Source: Candidatus Eiseniibacteriota bacterium (GTDB lineage Bacteria; Eisenbacteria; RBG-16-71-46; DASYSL01). From it: DNA of 64,000 nucleotides. The notes under the pieces were generated by a model. It worked only from the letters and a program-made list of their open reading frames with translations, was not told where the DNA came from and made no database searches. Position 1 is the first letter of the stretch. Each line of letters starts with the position of its first letter. Positions 36,539 through 46,088 of the stretch are shown in pieces. The position numbers and the translations under genes were made by a program. The stretch is from contig JANPEF010000061.1 of the NCBI GenBank assembly GCA_031431875.1, positions 15,764 through 79,763 of the forward strand, in the 5' to 3' direction.

Positions 36539-37554
36539 CGACGATGAACGAAGGCAACAGTTTCTTCCCGGTCCTGCTCGGGATCTTTGCCGTCCTCGGG
36601 CTCATCACGCTGGCGCGCACGGCGCGCATCGTGAACCAGTACGAGAAGGCGCTGGTCATGCGCCTGGGCAAGTACAAGTGCACGGTCGACTCGGGTCTGA
36701 CCTTTCTCGCGCCGTTCATCGAGGACATGATCAAGGTCGACATGCGCGAGAAGGTGATCAACGTCGAGCCGCAGAAGGTCATCACCAAGGACAACGTGAC
36801 CGTCATCGTCGATGCCGTCATCTACTACAAGGTGATCGACCCGGTGAAGACCGAGTTCGAGGTGCAGAACTTCGGCTATGCCTGCACCACGCTGGCGCAG
36901 ACCAACCTGCGCAACCTGATCGGCGACCGCACGCTCGACGAGACGCTGGTCGCCCGCGACATGATCAACACCAACCTCCGCCTCGTCCTCGACGAGGCGA
37001 CGAACCTGTGGGGCGTCAAGGTGACGCGCGTCGAGGTGCAGAAGATCGACCCGCCGGTCGACATCACCGAGGCGATGTCGCGGCAGATGAAGGCCGAGCG
37101 CGACAAGCGCGCCTCGATCCTCGAATCCGAGGGCTTCAAGCAGAGCCAGATCCTGCAGGCCGAGGGCGTCAAGCAGGCCGACATCCTGCGCGCCGAGGGC
37201 GAGGCCCAGGCCCGCGTGACGCGCGCCAACGCCGAGGCCGAGGCGATCAAGCTGGTTTCGACCGCCGCCGAGACGTACTTCAAGGACCGCGCCGAGGTGA
37301 TGCGTCGCCTCGAAGTGCTGAACCACACCCTGTCGGAGAACACGAAGTTCGTGCTGCCGTCGAACGGCGAGTTCGTCAACGTGCTCGGGCTGGGCGATGC
37401 CGGTGGTGGCGGTGGTCGTCGCCGTGGCGGGGATGACGGCGGGAGCGGTGGCGGTGGCAAGGGCGGCTCCGGCGGTTCTTCAGGCCCGAGCGGCGGGATG
37501 GGTGGCGGCTTCGGCGGCGGCGAGATCCCGGTCGTGCCCCTGCGCCGCTCGTGA
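36535..37554 (+). CDS. SPFH/band-7 (stomatin/HflK-C-like) protein with Gly-rich C-terminal tail
   Basis: N-terminal transmembrane helix; SPFH core ARIVNQYEKALVMRLGKY...; coiled-coil EAQARVTRANAEAEAIK; GGGGGRRRGGDDGGSGGGGKGGSGGSSG tail. Confidence 0.8.
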   Translation: MTTMNEGNSFFPVLLGIFAVLGLITLARTARIVNQYEKALVMRLGKYKCTVDSGLTFLAPFIEDMIKVDMREKVINVEPQKVITKDNVTVIVDAVIYYKVIDPVKTEFEVQNFGYACTTLAQTNLRNLIGDRTLDETLVARDMINTNLRLVLDEATNLWGVKVTRVEVQKIDPPVDITEAMSRQMKAERDKRASILESEGFKQSQILQAEGVKQADILRAEGEAQARVTRANAEAEAIKLVSTAAETYFKDRAEVMRRLEVLNHTLSENTKFVLPSNGEFVNVLGLGDAGGGGGRRRGGDDGGSGGGGKGGSGGSSGPSGGMGGGFGGGEIPVVPLRRS

Positions 37555-37904
37555 GCGACGGCGGCGAGCTCTTCGCCTCCGACGTCCGCATCGTGTTCTC
37601 GACGGCGCCCGACACCGAGGCGGCGCTCCGCCTCGGCCGGACGCTGGTCGAGGAGCGCCTGGCCGCGTGCGTCAACGTCGTGCCCGGTGTGCGCTCGATC
37701 TATCGCTGGCGCGAAGCGGTGGAGGAGGCCGAGGAAGTGATGCTTGTCCTCAAGACGACGGCCGCCGCCGCCCCCGCGCTGGCTGCGCGGCTGGCGGCGC
37801 TCCATCCCTACGAGGTTCCCGAGGTGCTTGCGATCGAGCCGGCCGCCGGTGCCGAGGCGTACCTCGGCTGGATCGGCGAGAGCGTGACAACACCGGCGCG
37901 TTAG
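37551..37904 (+). CDS. cutA: Divalent-cation tolerance protein CutA
   Basis: 117 aa, ...ACVNVVPGVRSIYRWREAVEEAEEVMLVLKT...; GTGA overlap with the SPFH stop. Confidence 0.75.
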   Translation: MSDGGELFASDVRIVFSTAPDTEAALRLGRTLVEERLAACVNVVPGVRSIYRWREAVEEAEEVMLVLKTTAAAAPALAARLAALHPYEVPEVLAIEPAAGAEAYLGWIGESVTTPAR

Positions 37905-37911
37905 CGCCGCT

Positions 37912-39306
37912 CTACGGCCCGAGGCCTTCGGGAATCGCCGCCCCGGGAGCCGTCGCGGCGAATACATCCTGCGATTCCGTCGCCACGGCCGTACCCGGCT
38001 TCGGCTTCATGAACGGCAGCAGGACCAGCGGCAACAGCCCCACGACGCAGTCGATCACGAGCGTCTTCGGGTAGCCGAAGCGCACGATCGAGAAGCCCTG
38101 CCACGTCGAGGTGTACGAGATGGCGAAGTTCTGCATCGCCATGTACGCCGTGAACTGCGTCGCCGCCACCGCCGGCGTCGTGATGTCCATGAACAGCGCG
38201 CTGCGGATCCCGTAGTACAACCCCTGGAACACGTTGTAGGAGATGCAGGCAATCCAGAACGCCTGGACGAGCCCGGCCGGCACCGCGGGGCGGTCCGGGG
38301 CGTTCGCCGCGATCGAGTGGATCCAGCCGTACTGTTGCATCTGCCAGGCGAGGTACAGCGTCGGCACCGCGGTCATCGCGATGAAGACGGCCAGCGTGCG
38401 CCGCCGGCCGAAACGGTCGGAGACCCACCCGCCGGTGATGCAGGTCACGGCGAAGATGACCGTCGACCAGAGATTGAGCGTGGCCACCTGGTTGTCGGTG
38501 AAGCCCAGCTCGACGGCCAGAGTCGACTGCAGCGCGAGCGCCAGGGCGTAGGCGCCCAGCGGCAACAGCGCCGAGAACACGCCGACGAGCGCGGCTTGCG
38601 ACCCGATGAACGCCCTATACGCCTGGACGACGAAGGTCTTGAGCTCGAGGCCGACGGCCGCGACCTTCGAGCCGACGACCGGCGCAGCGAGCGGACGCGC
38701 GACCTCGCGCAGCGGCAACACGACGAAGACGGTGACCAGCAGGATCACACCGATGACGAAGAAGTACGTCGACTGGAACGGCATGACGCCGGCGAGGAAC
38801 AGCACCATCGATCCGCCGATCGTCTGTCCCACCGACGCGCCGCCGAACATGAAGCCGTTGGCCACGCCACGCTCCGACTCGGGGAGCACGTTGCAGGCGA
38901 GCGCGTCGATGGCCACGTCCATGATCGCCGCGAACGAGTTGTGGACGGCGATGATGATGGTGAAGAGGGCGAGGTTCTTCACGTAGTCGATCGGCCAGGC
39001 GAGGAGCAGCGTGGCGGCCATGCCCAGCTGCATGAGGAAGATCCACAGCCGGCGGCGGCCGAAGCGGTCGCTCGAGAACGTGTCGACGAACGGCCCGGCG
39101 ATCCACTTGAACGCCCACGGCAGGTAGAGCGAGCCGACGAACGCGCCGATCAGCTCCGGCGACAGGCCCTGGCGGCGCATCTGCGTGCCGATGGCGGTGG
39201 CGGTGAAGCCGAGCGGGATGCCCTCGGTCATGTAGAGCAGGAAGAACGCGGTGAGGCGACCGTTCTTGGTCGCCAGCAGGTCGGGGAGCGGCAGGCGGAA
39301 GCTCAT
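37912..39306 (-). CDS. MFS transporter, PucC/BCD family, paralog A
   Basis: 12 transmembrane segments; LYLPWAFKWIAGPFVDTF and DRFGRRR motifs; the start overlaps the stop of paralog B by 1 nt. Confidence 0.7.
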   Translation of the reverse strand: MSFRLPLPDLLATKNGRLTAFFLLYMTEGIPLGFTATAIGTQMRRQGLSPELIGAFVGSLYLPWAFKWIAGPFVDTFSSDRFGRRRLWIFLMQLGMAATLLLAWPIDYVKNLALFTIIIAVHNSFAAIMDVAIDALACNVLPESERGVANGFMFGGASVGQTIGGSMVLFLAGVMPFQSTYFFVIGVILLVTVFVVLPLREVARPLAAPVVGSKVAAVGLELKTFVVQAYRAFIGSQAALVGVFSALLPLGAYALALALQSTLAVELGFTDNQVATLNLWSTVIFAVTCITGGWVSDRFGRRRTLAVFIAMTAVPTLYLAWQMQQYGWIHSIAANAPDRPAVPAGLVQAFWIACISYNVFQGLYYGIRSALFMDITTPAVAATQFTAYMAMQNFAISYTSTWQGFSIVRFGYPKTLVIDCVVGLLPLVLLPFMKPKPGTAVATESQDVFAATAPGAAIPEGLGP

Positions 39307-40667
39307 CAGTGAACGACTCCTTCCGGAATGGCCGCGCCGGGACCGGGGCCCGACGGCGGAGCGAACCCCGCGGCCGCATGTCTGGCGGACAGCGGAGTGA
39401 CGAACGGCAGGATGAGCAGGCACACCAGGCCGAAGGCCGCGTCGAACCCGAGGGTGAGAGGATACCCGAATCGCTCGATCGAGTGGCCCTGCCACCACGC
39501 GGCCATCGAGGAGGCCAGGTTGCACAGGGCCATGTACGCGGTGAACTGGGTGGCGGCCACGCGCGGCGTCGTGATGTCCATGTAGAGCGCGGTGCCCGCG
39601 CCGTACATGAGGCCCTGCGCGATGTAGTACGAGAGGCAGGCGGTCCAGAACGCGCTGATCGCCGCCGCCCCGATCGCCCCGCCGGCGAGCAAGAGTGCGA
39701 GGCAGACGCCGGGCACGGACATCAGGGCGACGAAGAGCGCGATCGTGCGGCGGCGGCCCAGGCGATCCGACAGCCAGCCGCCGACCACGCAGCCCAGCGC
39801 CCCGCAGAACGACGAAGCCATCGCCAGCGCGCCGATGGCGCCGTCGTCCATGCCCAGCTCGACCGCGAGGTTCGATTGCAGCGCCAGGCCGAGGCCCATG
39901 GCGCCCATCGGCAGGAGCGCCAGCAGCACGCCGAACAGGGCGCCGCGCGAGCCGGTGAAGGCGTGCCACGACGCGACGAGGAACTCGCGCATGCGCGCGC
40001 CCGCCGCCGCCAGCGCCGCCGCAGGGCCGGCGCCGGGGCCGCCCGCGTGCGCCGCCGCCACCGCAGCCGTCTCGCGCAGGCGCAGCGAGACCACGATCCC
40101 GATCAGCGCGACCGCTCCGGCAACGACGAGGAACGTGGCGCGGAACGGCATGGCCGCGGTCAGCATGAGCACGCCGCCGCCGCCCAGTGCGGTGCCCACC
40201 GCTTGTCCCGCGAACATGACGCCGTTCGCCGTCCCACGTTCCTCGACGGGCAGCACGTTGCAGGCGAGCGCGTCGATCGCGACGTCCTGCGTCGCGGCGA
40301 AGGCGTTGTGCAGGATCAGGAGCCCGGTGAAGAGTGCGAGCTGCTGCGCGGGATCGACGGTCATGGCCACCAGCAGCGTGACGACCATGAGGCCCTGCGC
40401 CAGCACGACCCAGAATCGCCGCGGTCCCCAGCGCGCCACGGTCAGCGAGTCGACGATCGGCCCCACCGCCCACTTGAACGCCCACGGCAGGTAGAGCGCA
40501 GCGACGTAGGTCCCGATCTCCGCGGGACCCAGGCCCAGTCGGCGCATCTGTGTGGCCACGGCGACCACCGCGAAGCCCGAGGGCAGGCCCTCACTGACAT
40601 AGAGGAGGAAGAACGAGACGAGGCGGGCGCGACGCGTGCCGAGAGGGTCGGACGGAAGGAGGCGCAT
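39306..40667 (-). CDS. MFS transporter, PucC/BCD family, paralog B
   Basis: ~45% identical to paralog A by eye (LYLPWAFKWAVGPIVDS, DRLGRRRT); AAGGTG Shine-Dalgarno before ATG 40667. Confidence 0.7.
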   Translation of the reverse strand: MRLLPSDPLGTRRARLVSFFLLYVSEGLPSGFAVVAVATQMRRLGLGPAEIGTYVAALYLPWAFKWAVGPIVDSLTVARWGPRRFWVVLAQGLMVVTLLVAMTVDPAQQLALFTGLLILHNAFAATQDVAIDALACNVLPVEERGTANGVMFAGQAVGTALGGGGVLMLTAAMPFRATFLVVAGAVALIGIVVSLRLRETAAVAAAHAGGPGAGPAAALAAAGARMREFLVASWHAFTGSRGALFGVLLALLPMGAMGLGLALQSNLAVELGMDDGAIGALAMASSFCGALGCVVGGWLSDRLGRRRTIALFVALMSVPGVCLALLLAGGAIGAAAISAFWTACLSYYIAQGLMYGAGTALYMDITTPRVAATQFTAYMALCNLASSMAAWWQGHSIERFGYPLTLGFDAAFGLVCLLILPFVTPLSARHAAAGFAPPSGPGPGAAIPEGVVH

Positions 40668-40858
40668 GGGCGCGCACCTTAGCACAGCCGGCGTCCGATT
40701 CTCCCGACGAGCGTCCGGCACTCCCGACAGGGCGGCGGGCACCGCGTGCAGCGCCTCGATCCGGGACTTCCCGCGAACCCACGCGAATTCGCGGGCTGGA
40801 GGGACCGCGACGCGCTGGCATGGCGCGTGCATCCCTCCCCGTGCAGGGGAGGTGGACC

Positions 40859-41641
40859 ATGCACTCGTCCAAGGTCTGTTGGCATCGCTTCATCGCAGTT
40901 GCGCGGCGTCGACGTCGCCTGCTGATCCGCCGGGCAGGCGCGCTCGCGGCGACGTTCACCATCGTGCCGCTCGCCATCGGCGTCGATCCGGTCGATCGCG
41001 ACACGTCGTTCACGACGTTCACGGTCGGCATCGGCGCGGGGTCCTACGCCGACGTGGCGCGCGGCTGCAGCGGAGAGGTGATCTCCGCGCGCAGCCGGCC
41101 GGTCGGCGACGTCGGGTTCGGCGTCGAGCACGAGATGGACAGCGCGGTGCTCGGCGTACGGGCCACGCGGCGAGGGTCCGGCATCGGCGGCGACGACGCC
41201 GTCGAGTCCTGGGTGGCGAATCCCCACGCGTCGTACGAGGGGGATCGGTTCGGGATCGGCGCGGGTATCACGCTTCCGGATCAGGTCTCGGCGGGCAACT
41301 ACACCGACGAGGACTTCGTCCTTCCGTTGACGGGTCACATCCGGACCGGCAATCGCGCTCGCGGCACGGACTTCCGCATCAGTTTCGGCGAGAACGTCCC
41401 GGCATATTCGCCGGGCGGCGGGGCCGAGATGACGCAGGGTTTCCGCATCTCGCGTGTCGTCCGGGGCCGCGTCGGCGTGGCGGGGCCGGTGCCGTTCGAT
41501 CAGGTCGGTCTCATCGTGCGGACGAACGTTCGGGCCACCGACGCGCTCACGATCGAGCTGCGCGGTCGCCTCGGGCAGTCCGAGGGTGTCGGCGAGTCGA
41601 CGATCGGCGTGGGCGTGAGCTACCGGATCGACCACCACTAG
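40859..41641 (+). CDS. Hypothetical protein (Arg-rich N-terminus then hydrophobic segment; Gly/Val-rich beta-strand-like repeats)
   Basis: GGAGG Shine-Dalgarno 7 nt before ATG 40859; no recognisable family. Confidence 0.45.
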   Translation: MHSSKVCWHRFIAVARRRRRLLIRRAGALAATFTIVPLAIGVDPVDRDTSFTTFTVGIGAGSYADVARGCSGEVISARSRPVGDVGFGVEHEMDSAVLGVRATRRGSGIGGDDAVESWVANPHASYEGDRFGIGAGITLPDQVSAGNYTDEDFVLPLTGHIRTGNRARGTDFRISFGENVPAYSPGGGAEMTQGFRISRVVRGRVGVAGPVPFDQVGLIVRTNVRATDALTIELRGRLGQSEGVGESTIGVGVSYRIDHH

Positions 41642-41656
41642 TTCCCGCCACGCGAA

Positions 41657-41684
41657 CGGGCCCGGCGTGCATCCGCCGGGCCCG
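41657..41684. terminator. GC-rich hairpin between convergent genes (possible bidirectional terminator, no U-tract)
   Basis: CGGGCCCGGCG-tgcatc-CGCCGGGCCCG, 11-bp perfect stem. Confidence 0.3.
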
Positions 41685-41741
41685 TCGTGCACCGCGGGCC
41701 GGGGCCCGCGCGGGGGGTGCTCGTCTGCGGTCGCGCGGCGT

Positions 41742-43520
41742 CTACCGCACCATCACCAGCTTGGCGTCGAAGCGCGTCTCGCCCACCTCGCCACGGTAGA
41801 AGTACATGCCGGGCGCCACGCGCGCGCCCGTGTCGTCGGAGCCGTCCCACGCGATCGACGCTTCACCGGCGGGACGCGCCTCGTCGACGAGCGTGCGCAC
41901 CTTCTGGCCGCGCACGTTGAAGATCTCGAAGTGCACGTGGCCCGCGGTCGGCTGCGCGTAGCGGATGCGCGCGCCGCCGGTCGTGCTGGCGAACACGACG
42001 CTCGATGTCCGCGGAGCAATTTCTGCGAGCGGCAGGACGCTGCCGGACTCTGCGGTGACTCCGCCTCTCGGCACCGTCAATCCAGCAGCCGTGGCGTCGA
42101 AGGCTGCTCCTTCATTCGCCCTCGCCGCCTGCGGCGGCGAGATCATGTGATGATCGTGCGCGAAGCCCGAGTGCGATGGCGCGACATACGGGAACGCGCC
42201 CTGGAACGGAAGTTCGTTTGCGTCGACGCCGTCGCCCAGCAGGGAGTTCGGCTCGCCCGCGCCCAGCAGCACGCCCGCGACGGCGCGCAACTCGATGTCG
42301 ACCACGTCGTCGACCAGGCGGCGGCCGTTGGGGAAGCCGTCGAGCTGGCCGGCGAGCACGCCGAGGCGGTTCGGCGACAACGACGGGGCGATCGCGGTGT
42401 TGAGGCGGATCATCTCGGAGGGGACGACGTCGGCGCGCTTGTTGAGGCCGTCGACGCCGGTGAGGAACACCGCGACGAGATCGTTGCGCGGCGCCGGAGG
42501 TACGGTGAGGCCGTACAGCAGGTTGAGCAGCCGCGCCGGCTCGGGGTCGACCACGTACGAGAGGAACTGCCCGTCGTCGGCCGGCTTCGACGCGTTCCAG
42601 CGATCCTTCTGCGACAGCGGCAGCACGATCTCGTTGACCAGCGGCATGCCCAGGCGCGACACCTGCTGCCACGGACCCTTCTCGTCGTCCCACGCCATCT
42701 TCCTGCCGGTGCCGCCGGCCTTGCGGCTCGCCGTCGCCCACACGCCGAGGATCGCGTTCGGATCGGTGGTACCGGTGGGCATCGCGCCGGTCGCGGTCAG
42801 CTTCGCGATCGGCACCTGGATCGCGATCGTCTGGCAGTTGTACCCGCCCAGGCCGTCGACTCCGCCACCGGCGTTACCCGGCGCGCCCGGGCGAATGGTC
42901 AGCAGGTCGAACACCGCACCCAGGTCGACGAAGAACGGATCGTCGCTCTGGCCGGCGTACACCTTGATGTCGCCGTCGAGGGTGCGCACCGCCTGCTGCA
43001 TGAGCACGGGCCAGTTCGGCGTCGACGCCGGGCCGATGTTCGACGGGGTCGTGGACAGGTCGTTGCCGAGCACACGACGCCCGTTCGACTCCTCGCTCGT
43101 GACGTAGAGCTGGTAGGTCTGCGGCCGGTTCCAGTTCGGGTCGGTGAGGCTGTGGATCGGCCCGACGTTGTAGAGGAACGTGTTGGCGTTGCGGGTCGCG
43201 GTCGAGAAGCGGAAGTTGTAGACGATCTCGGCGGCCGGGTCGCCGTCATTGCTGACCTTGACCTGGTAGAGCACCTCATCGCCGAACTTGTAGAAGTTCG
43301 GGCCGCCGCCGGGCTCCTGCACGCCGTTGTAGGTCGCGATCAGCGTGACCGTGCCCGGCGCATCGGGGCTGACGAAGGCATAGACGTCGAGGTTGTCGGC
43401 GACGGGATCTTCGGCGATGGCGGGGGCTTCGCGGTGGCTCGAAGCCAGGGCGATCGACGGCAGCAGGGACACGGCGCTGGCAAGCAGCAGGGCACGGGCA
43501 AACGAAAGCGGACGGGACAT
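41742..43520 (-). CDS. DUF4331-family secreted protein with FlgD-Ig / T9SS-type C-terminal sorting domain
   Basis: GGAGGT Shine-Dalgarno; signal peptide then SSHREAPAIAEDP, which is the DUF4331 signature N-terminus; C-terminus ...HVHFEIFNVRGQKVRTLVDE...GMYFYRGEVGETRFDAKLVMVR. Confidence 0.7.
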   Translation of the reverse strand: MSRPLSFARALLLASAVSLLPSIALASSHREAPAIAEDPVADNLDVYAFVSPDAPGTVTLIATYNGVQEPGGGPNFYKFGDEVLYQVKVSNDGDPAAEIVYNFRFSTATRNANTFLYNVGPIHSLTDPNWNRPQTYQLYVTSEESNGRRVLGNDLSTTPSNIGPASTPNWPVLMQQAVRTLDGDIKVYAGQSDDPFFVDLGAVFDLLTIRPGAPGNAGGGVDGLGGYNCQTIAIQVPIAKLTATGAMPTGTTDPNAILGVWATASRKAGGTGRKMAWDDEKGPWQQVSRLGMPLVNEIVLPLSQKDRWNASKPADDGQFLSYVVDPEPARLLNLLYGLTVPPAPRNDLVAVFLTGVDGLNKRADVVPSEMIRLNTAIAPSLSPNRLGVLAGQLDGFPNGRRLVDDVVDIELRAVAGVLLGAGEPNSLLGDGVDANELPFQGAFPYVAPSHSGFAHDHHMISPPQAARANEGAAFDATAAGLTVPRGGVTAESGSVLPLAEIAPRTSSVVFASTTGGARIRYAQPTAGHVHFEIFNVRGQKVRTLVDEARPAGEASIAWDGSDDTGARVAPGMYFYRGEVGETRFDAKLVMVR

Positions 43521-43620
43521 CGGACGACCTCCGGACTGGGATGGGACACGGGTTCTGGGCCTCACCCGGGATACGGACCCCGCCGGCGATCGGATGACCC
43601 GCGGATGCTAGGATGCGGCC

Positions 43621-44685
43621 ATGTTCGTGCTCGGCATCGAAACCTCCTGCGACGACACGGCCGCCGCCGTGGTCGAACACGGCCCCCGGCCCCCCCGGCT
43701 GGTCTCCAGCATCGTCGCGGTGCAGGACGTGCACCGCGAGTTCGGCGGCGTCGTGCCCGAGCTGGCCTCGCGCGCCCACCTCGAGCTGCTGCCCGGCGCG
43801 GTCGAGCGGGCGCTGGCCGAGGCCGAGCTCGATTTCGACGACATCGACGGCATCGCCGTGACGCGCGCACCGGGGCTCCTCGGCGCGTTGCTCGTCGGCG
43901 TGAGTTACGCCAAGGCGCTGGCCGTCGCGCTGGAGAAGCCGTTCGTCGGCGTCAATCACATCGAGGCCCACCTGCTCGCGCCGCTGCTCGAGGGTGCCGT
44001 GTTCGAGTTTCCGGCGGTCGGCGCGGTCGTCTCGGGCGGACACTCCGAGATCTTCCTCGTGCACGCGCTCGGCGCCTACACGCTGATCGGCACGACGCGC
44101 GACGACGCGATCGGCGAGGCCTTCGACAAGGCCGCGAAGTTGCTGGGGCTGGGCTTTCCGGGCGGCCCCGTCGTCGACCGGCTCGCCGCCGTGGGCGACG
44201 CCGGGCGGCATCCGCTCCCGCGCGGGATGAGCGGCTCGGGCGACCTCGACCTCTCGTACTCCGGGCTCAAGGCGGCGACGCGACGGCTGATCGAGGGCCC
44301 GGCGGGTGCGCTGTTGCGCGCCGCGCCCGAGTCGGACGAGGCGGCGCAGCTGCGCGCCGACATCTGCGCGTCGTTCCAGGTCGCCGCGGTCGATCCGCTC
44401 CTGTCGAAGCTCGAGACCGCCGCGCGCCGCCACGGCGCCCGCTCGCTCGTCGTCGGCGGGGGCGTGGCGTGCAACTCGCGGCTGCGCGAAGGCCTCGCCG
44501 GGATCGGCACGCGGCTGGGCATTCCCGCTTTCCGGCCGAGCCCCGCGCTGTGCGCCGACAACGCGGCGATGATCGCGCTCGTCGGCGGCTTCCGGCTGGC
44601 GCGCGGTGAGCGCGACGGACTCGACCTCGAGCCCGTGCCGAGCCTCGACGAGAGCGGCATGCTCTCCGTGAAGGCCCCCGCGTAA
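43621..44685 (+). CDS. tsaD: tRNA N6-adenosine threonylcarbamoyltransferase TsaD (Kae1/Gcp)
   Basis: MFVLGIETSCDDTAAAVV...HIEAHL...GGGVACN; a TAGGAT hexamer lies 6 nt upstream of the ATG. Confidence 0.85.
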   Translation: MFVLGIETSCDDTAAAVVEHGPRPPRLVSSIVAVQDVHREFGGVVPELASRAHLELLPGAVERALAEAELDFDDIDGIAVTRAPGLLGALLVGVSYAKALAVALEKPFVGVNHIEAHLLAPLLEGAVFEFPAVGAVVSGGHSEIFLVHALGAYTLIGTTRDDAIGEAFDKAAKLLGLGFPGGPVVDRLAAVGDAGRHPLPRGMSGSGDLDLSYSGLKAATRRLIEGPAGALLRAAPESDEAAQLRADICASFQVAAVDPLLSKLETAARRHGARSLVVGGGVACNSRLREGLAGIGTRLGIPAFRPSPALCADNAAMIALVGGFRLARGERDGLDLEPVPSLDESGMLSVKAPA

Positions 44686-45062
44686 CTGCTTGTCCCCGCG
44701 CGCCGGGTGCGTCCGTCCCCGGTCGCAATTCGCTCGCCGGGGCCCGAAATCGTGCCGATCGCACGGGGTGCCGCGGTTTCGGATCGAACCGAGGCGGTCC
44801 GGGCATCGAAAATCCCTCGCCTGCCGCTGGCCAGGGGCCCGTTCCGCAATCTTCACTCAAACGATGCTCTGCCAATCACTTCCAGCGGGGGACCAGGCTC
44901 GGTTGCGCTCCCGGGACACCGCAAGGCGTGCGGCCCTACGGGCCGCAGAGCTGGAACTCCTTGGGCGGCACGGGACTTGCGCCGATATCGCGGCGGGGTC
45001 CCCGGGCCGGCGCGTCGCGCGCCGCGCCAAGGCGGGCGTGACCCCGGGGGAGGGGAGCGCAC

Positions 45063-46088
45063 GTGACGCAGGGGAAGTCTCGCATCCTGGTTGCCGACGA
45101 CGAGCCGAACCTGCGTGAGGCGCTGCGCATCCTCCTCGATCGGAACGACTTCACCGTCCTGCTCGCCGTCGATGGGCAGGAGGCCGTCGAGATCGCACAG
45201 CGCGAGCAGCCGGACCTCGTGCTCCTCGACGTCATGATGCCGCGCATGGACGGCTACGAGGCGTGCCGCACGCTGCGCGCCCACTACCGCACGGGCCATA
45301 TCCCGATCATCATGCTCACGGCGAAGTCGCAGCAGGAGGACGATCGCGTCCAGGGCCTGTCCCAGGGCGCGAACGACTACATCGGCAAGCCGTGGCATGG
45401 CAAGGAACTGGTTCAGCGCATCAAGAACCACCTCGAGTGGGCGAAGACCCAGCGCTCCGTGAGCCCGCTCACCGGGCTGCCGGGCAACCTGTCGATTCTC
45501 GCCGAGCGACAGCGCCGCGTCGACGCGGGCCAGACGTTCGCCCAGATGTTCCTCGACATCGACAGCTTCAAGTCGTTCAACGATCGCTACGGCTTCCCGG
45601 TCGGCGACACCGCGATCACCGCCGTTGCCGACGTGCTCGCGCAGGTCATCGAGACGCAGGGACGGCCCGGCGACTTCGTCGGCCACATCGGCGGCGACGA
45701 CTTCACGGTGGTCACCGAGCCCGACCGCGCGGAGAGCCTCGCCGAGGCCATGAAGAACGCTCTCGAGGAGCGCATGCCGCTGCTCTACGAGGAGGAGGAT
45801 CGGGCCCGTGGCTCGGTGCGCGTCCTCAACCGGCGCCACGAGTACGAAGACTTCCCGCTCATGAGCGTGACGATTGCGCATGCGACGTACGATCCGGCGA
45901 CGGGGATGCACCTGGCGCAGCTCGACGATCAGCTGCGCGAGCTCAAGGAGTACGGAAAGAGCCTGCCTGGCTTCGTCGTCGCCAGCGAGCGCCGGCGCAG
46001 ACGTGTCGACGCCGGGCCCGAGACGGCCTGGGGCAGCCCGCCGAAACTCGAGGCGCCACCGCCCCAGCGGAAGTCGAAGGCGGCGTGA
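45063..46088 (+). CDS. Response regulator with C-terminal GGDEF domain (PleD/WspR-like diguanylate cyclase; the GGDEF reads GGDDF)
   Basis: REC domain ILVADDE...DLVLLDVMMPRMDG...MLTAK; then RYGFPVGD...GHIGGDDFTVV. Confidence 0.8.
   Translation: MTQGKSRILVADDEPNLREALRILLDRNDFTVLLAVDGQEAVEIAQREQPDLVLLDVMMPRMDGYEACRTLRAHYRTGHIPIIMLTAKSQQEDDRVQGLSQGANDYIGKPWHGKELVQRIKNHLEWAKTQRSVSPLTGLPGNLSILAERQRRVDAGQTFAQMFLDIDSFKSFNDRYGFPVGDTAITAVADVLAQVIETQGRPGDFVGHIGGDDFTVVTEPDRAESLAEAMKNALEERMPLLYEEEDRARGSVRVLNRRHEYEDFPLMSVTIAHATYDPATGMHLAQLDDQLRELKEYGKSLPGFVVASERRRRRVDAGPETAWGSPPKLEAPPPQRKSKAA

Noticed and set aside
45263-46084. 5' extension of the histidine-kinase ORF overlapping the REC-GGDEF gene in another frame
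   Set aside because: The upstream gene is clearly real in its own frame. The kinase begins at the GTG that overlaps the regulator's stop (GTGA).
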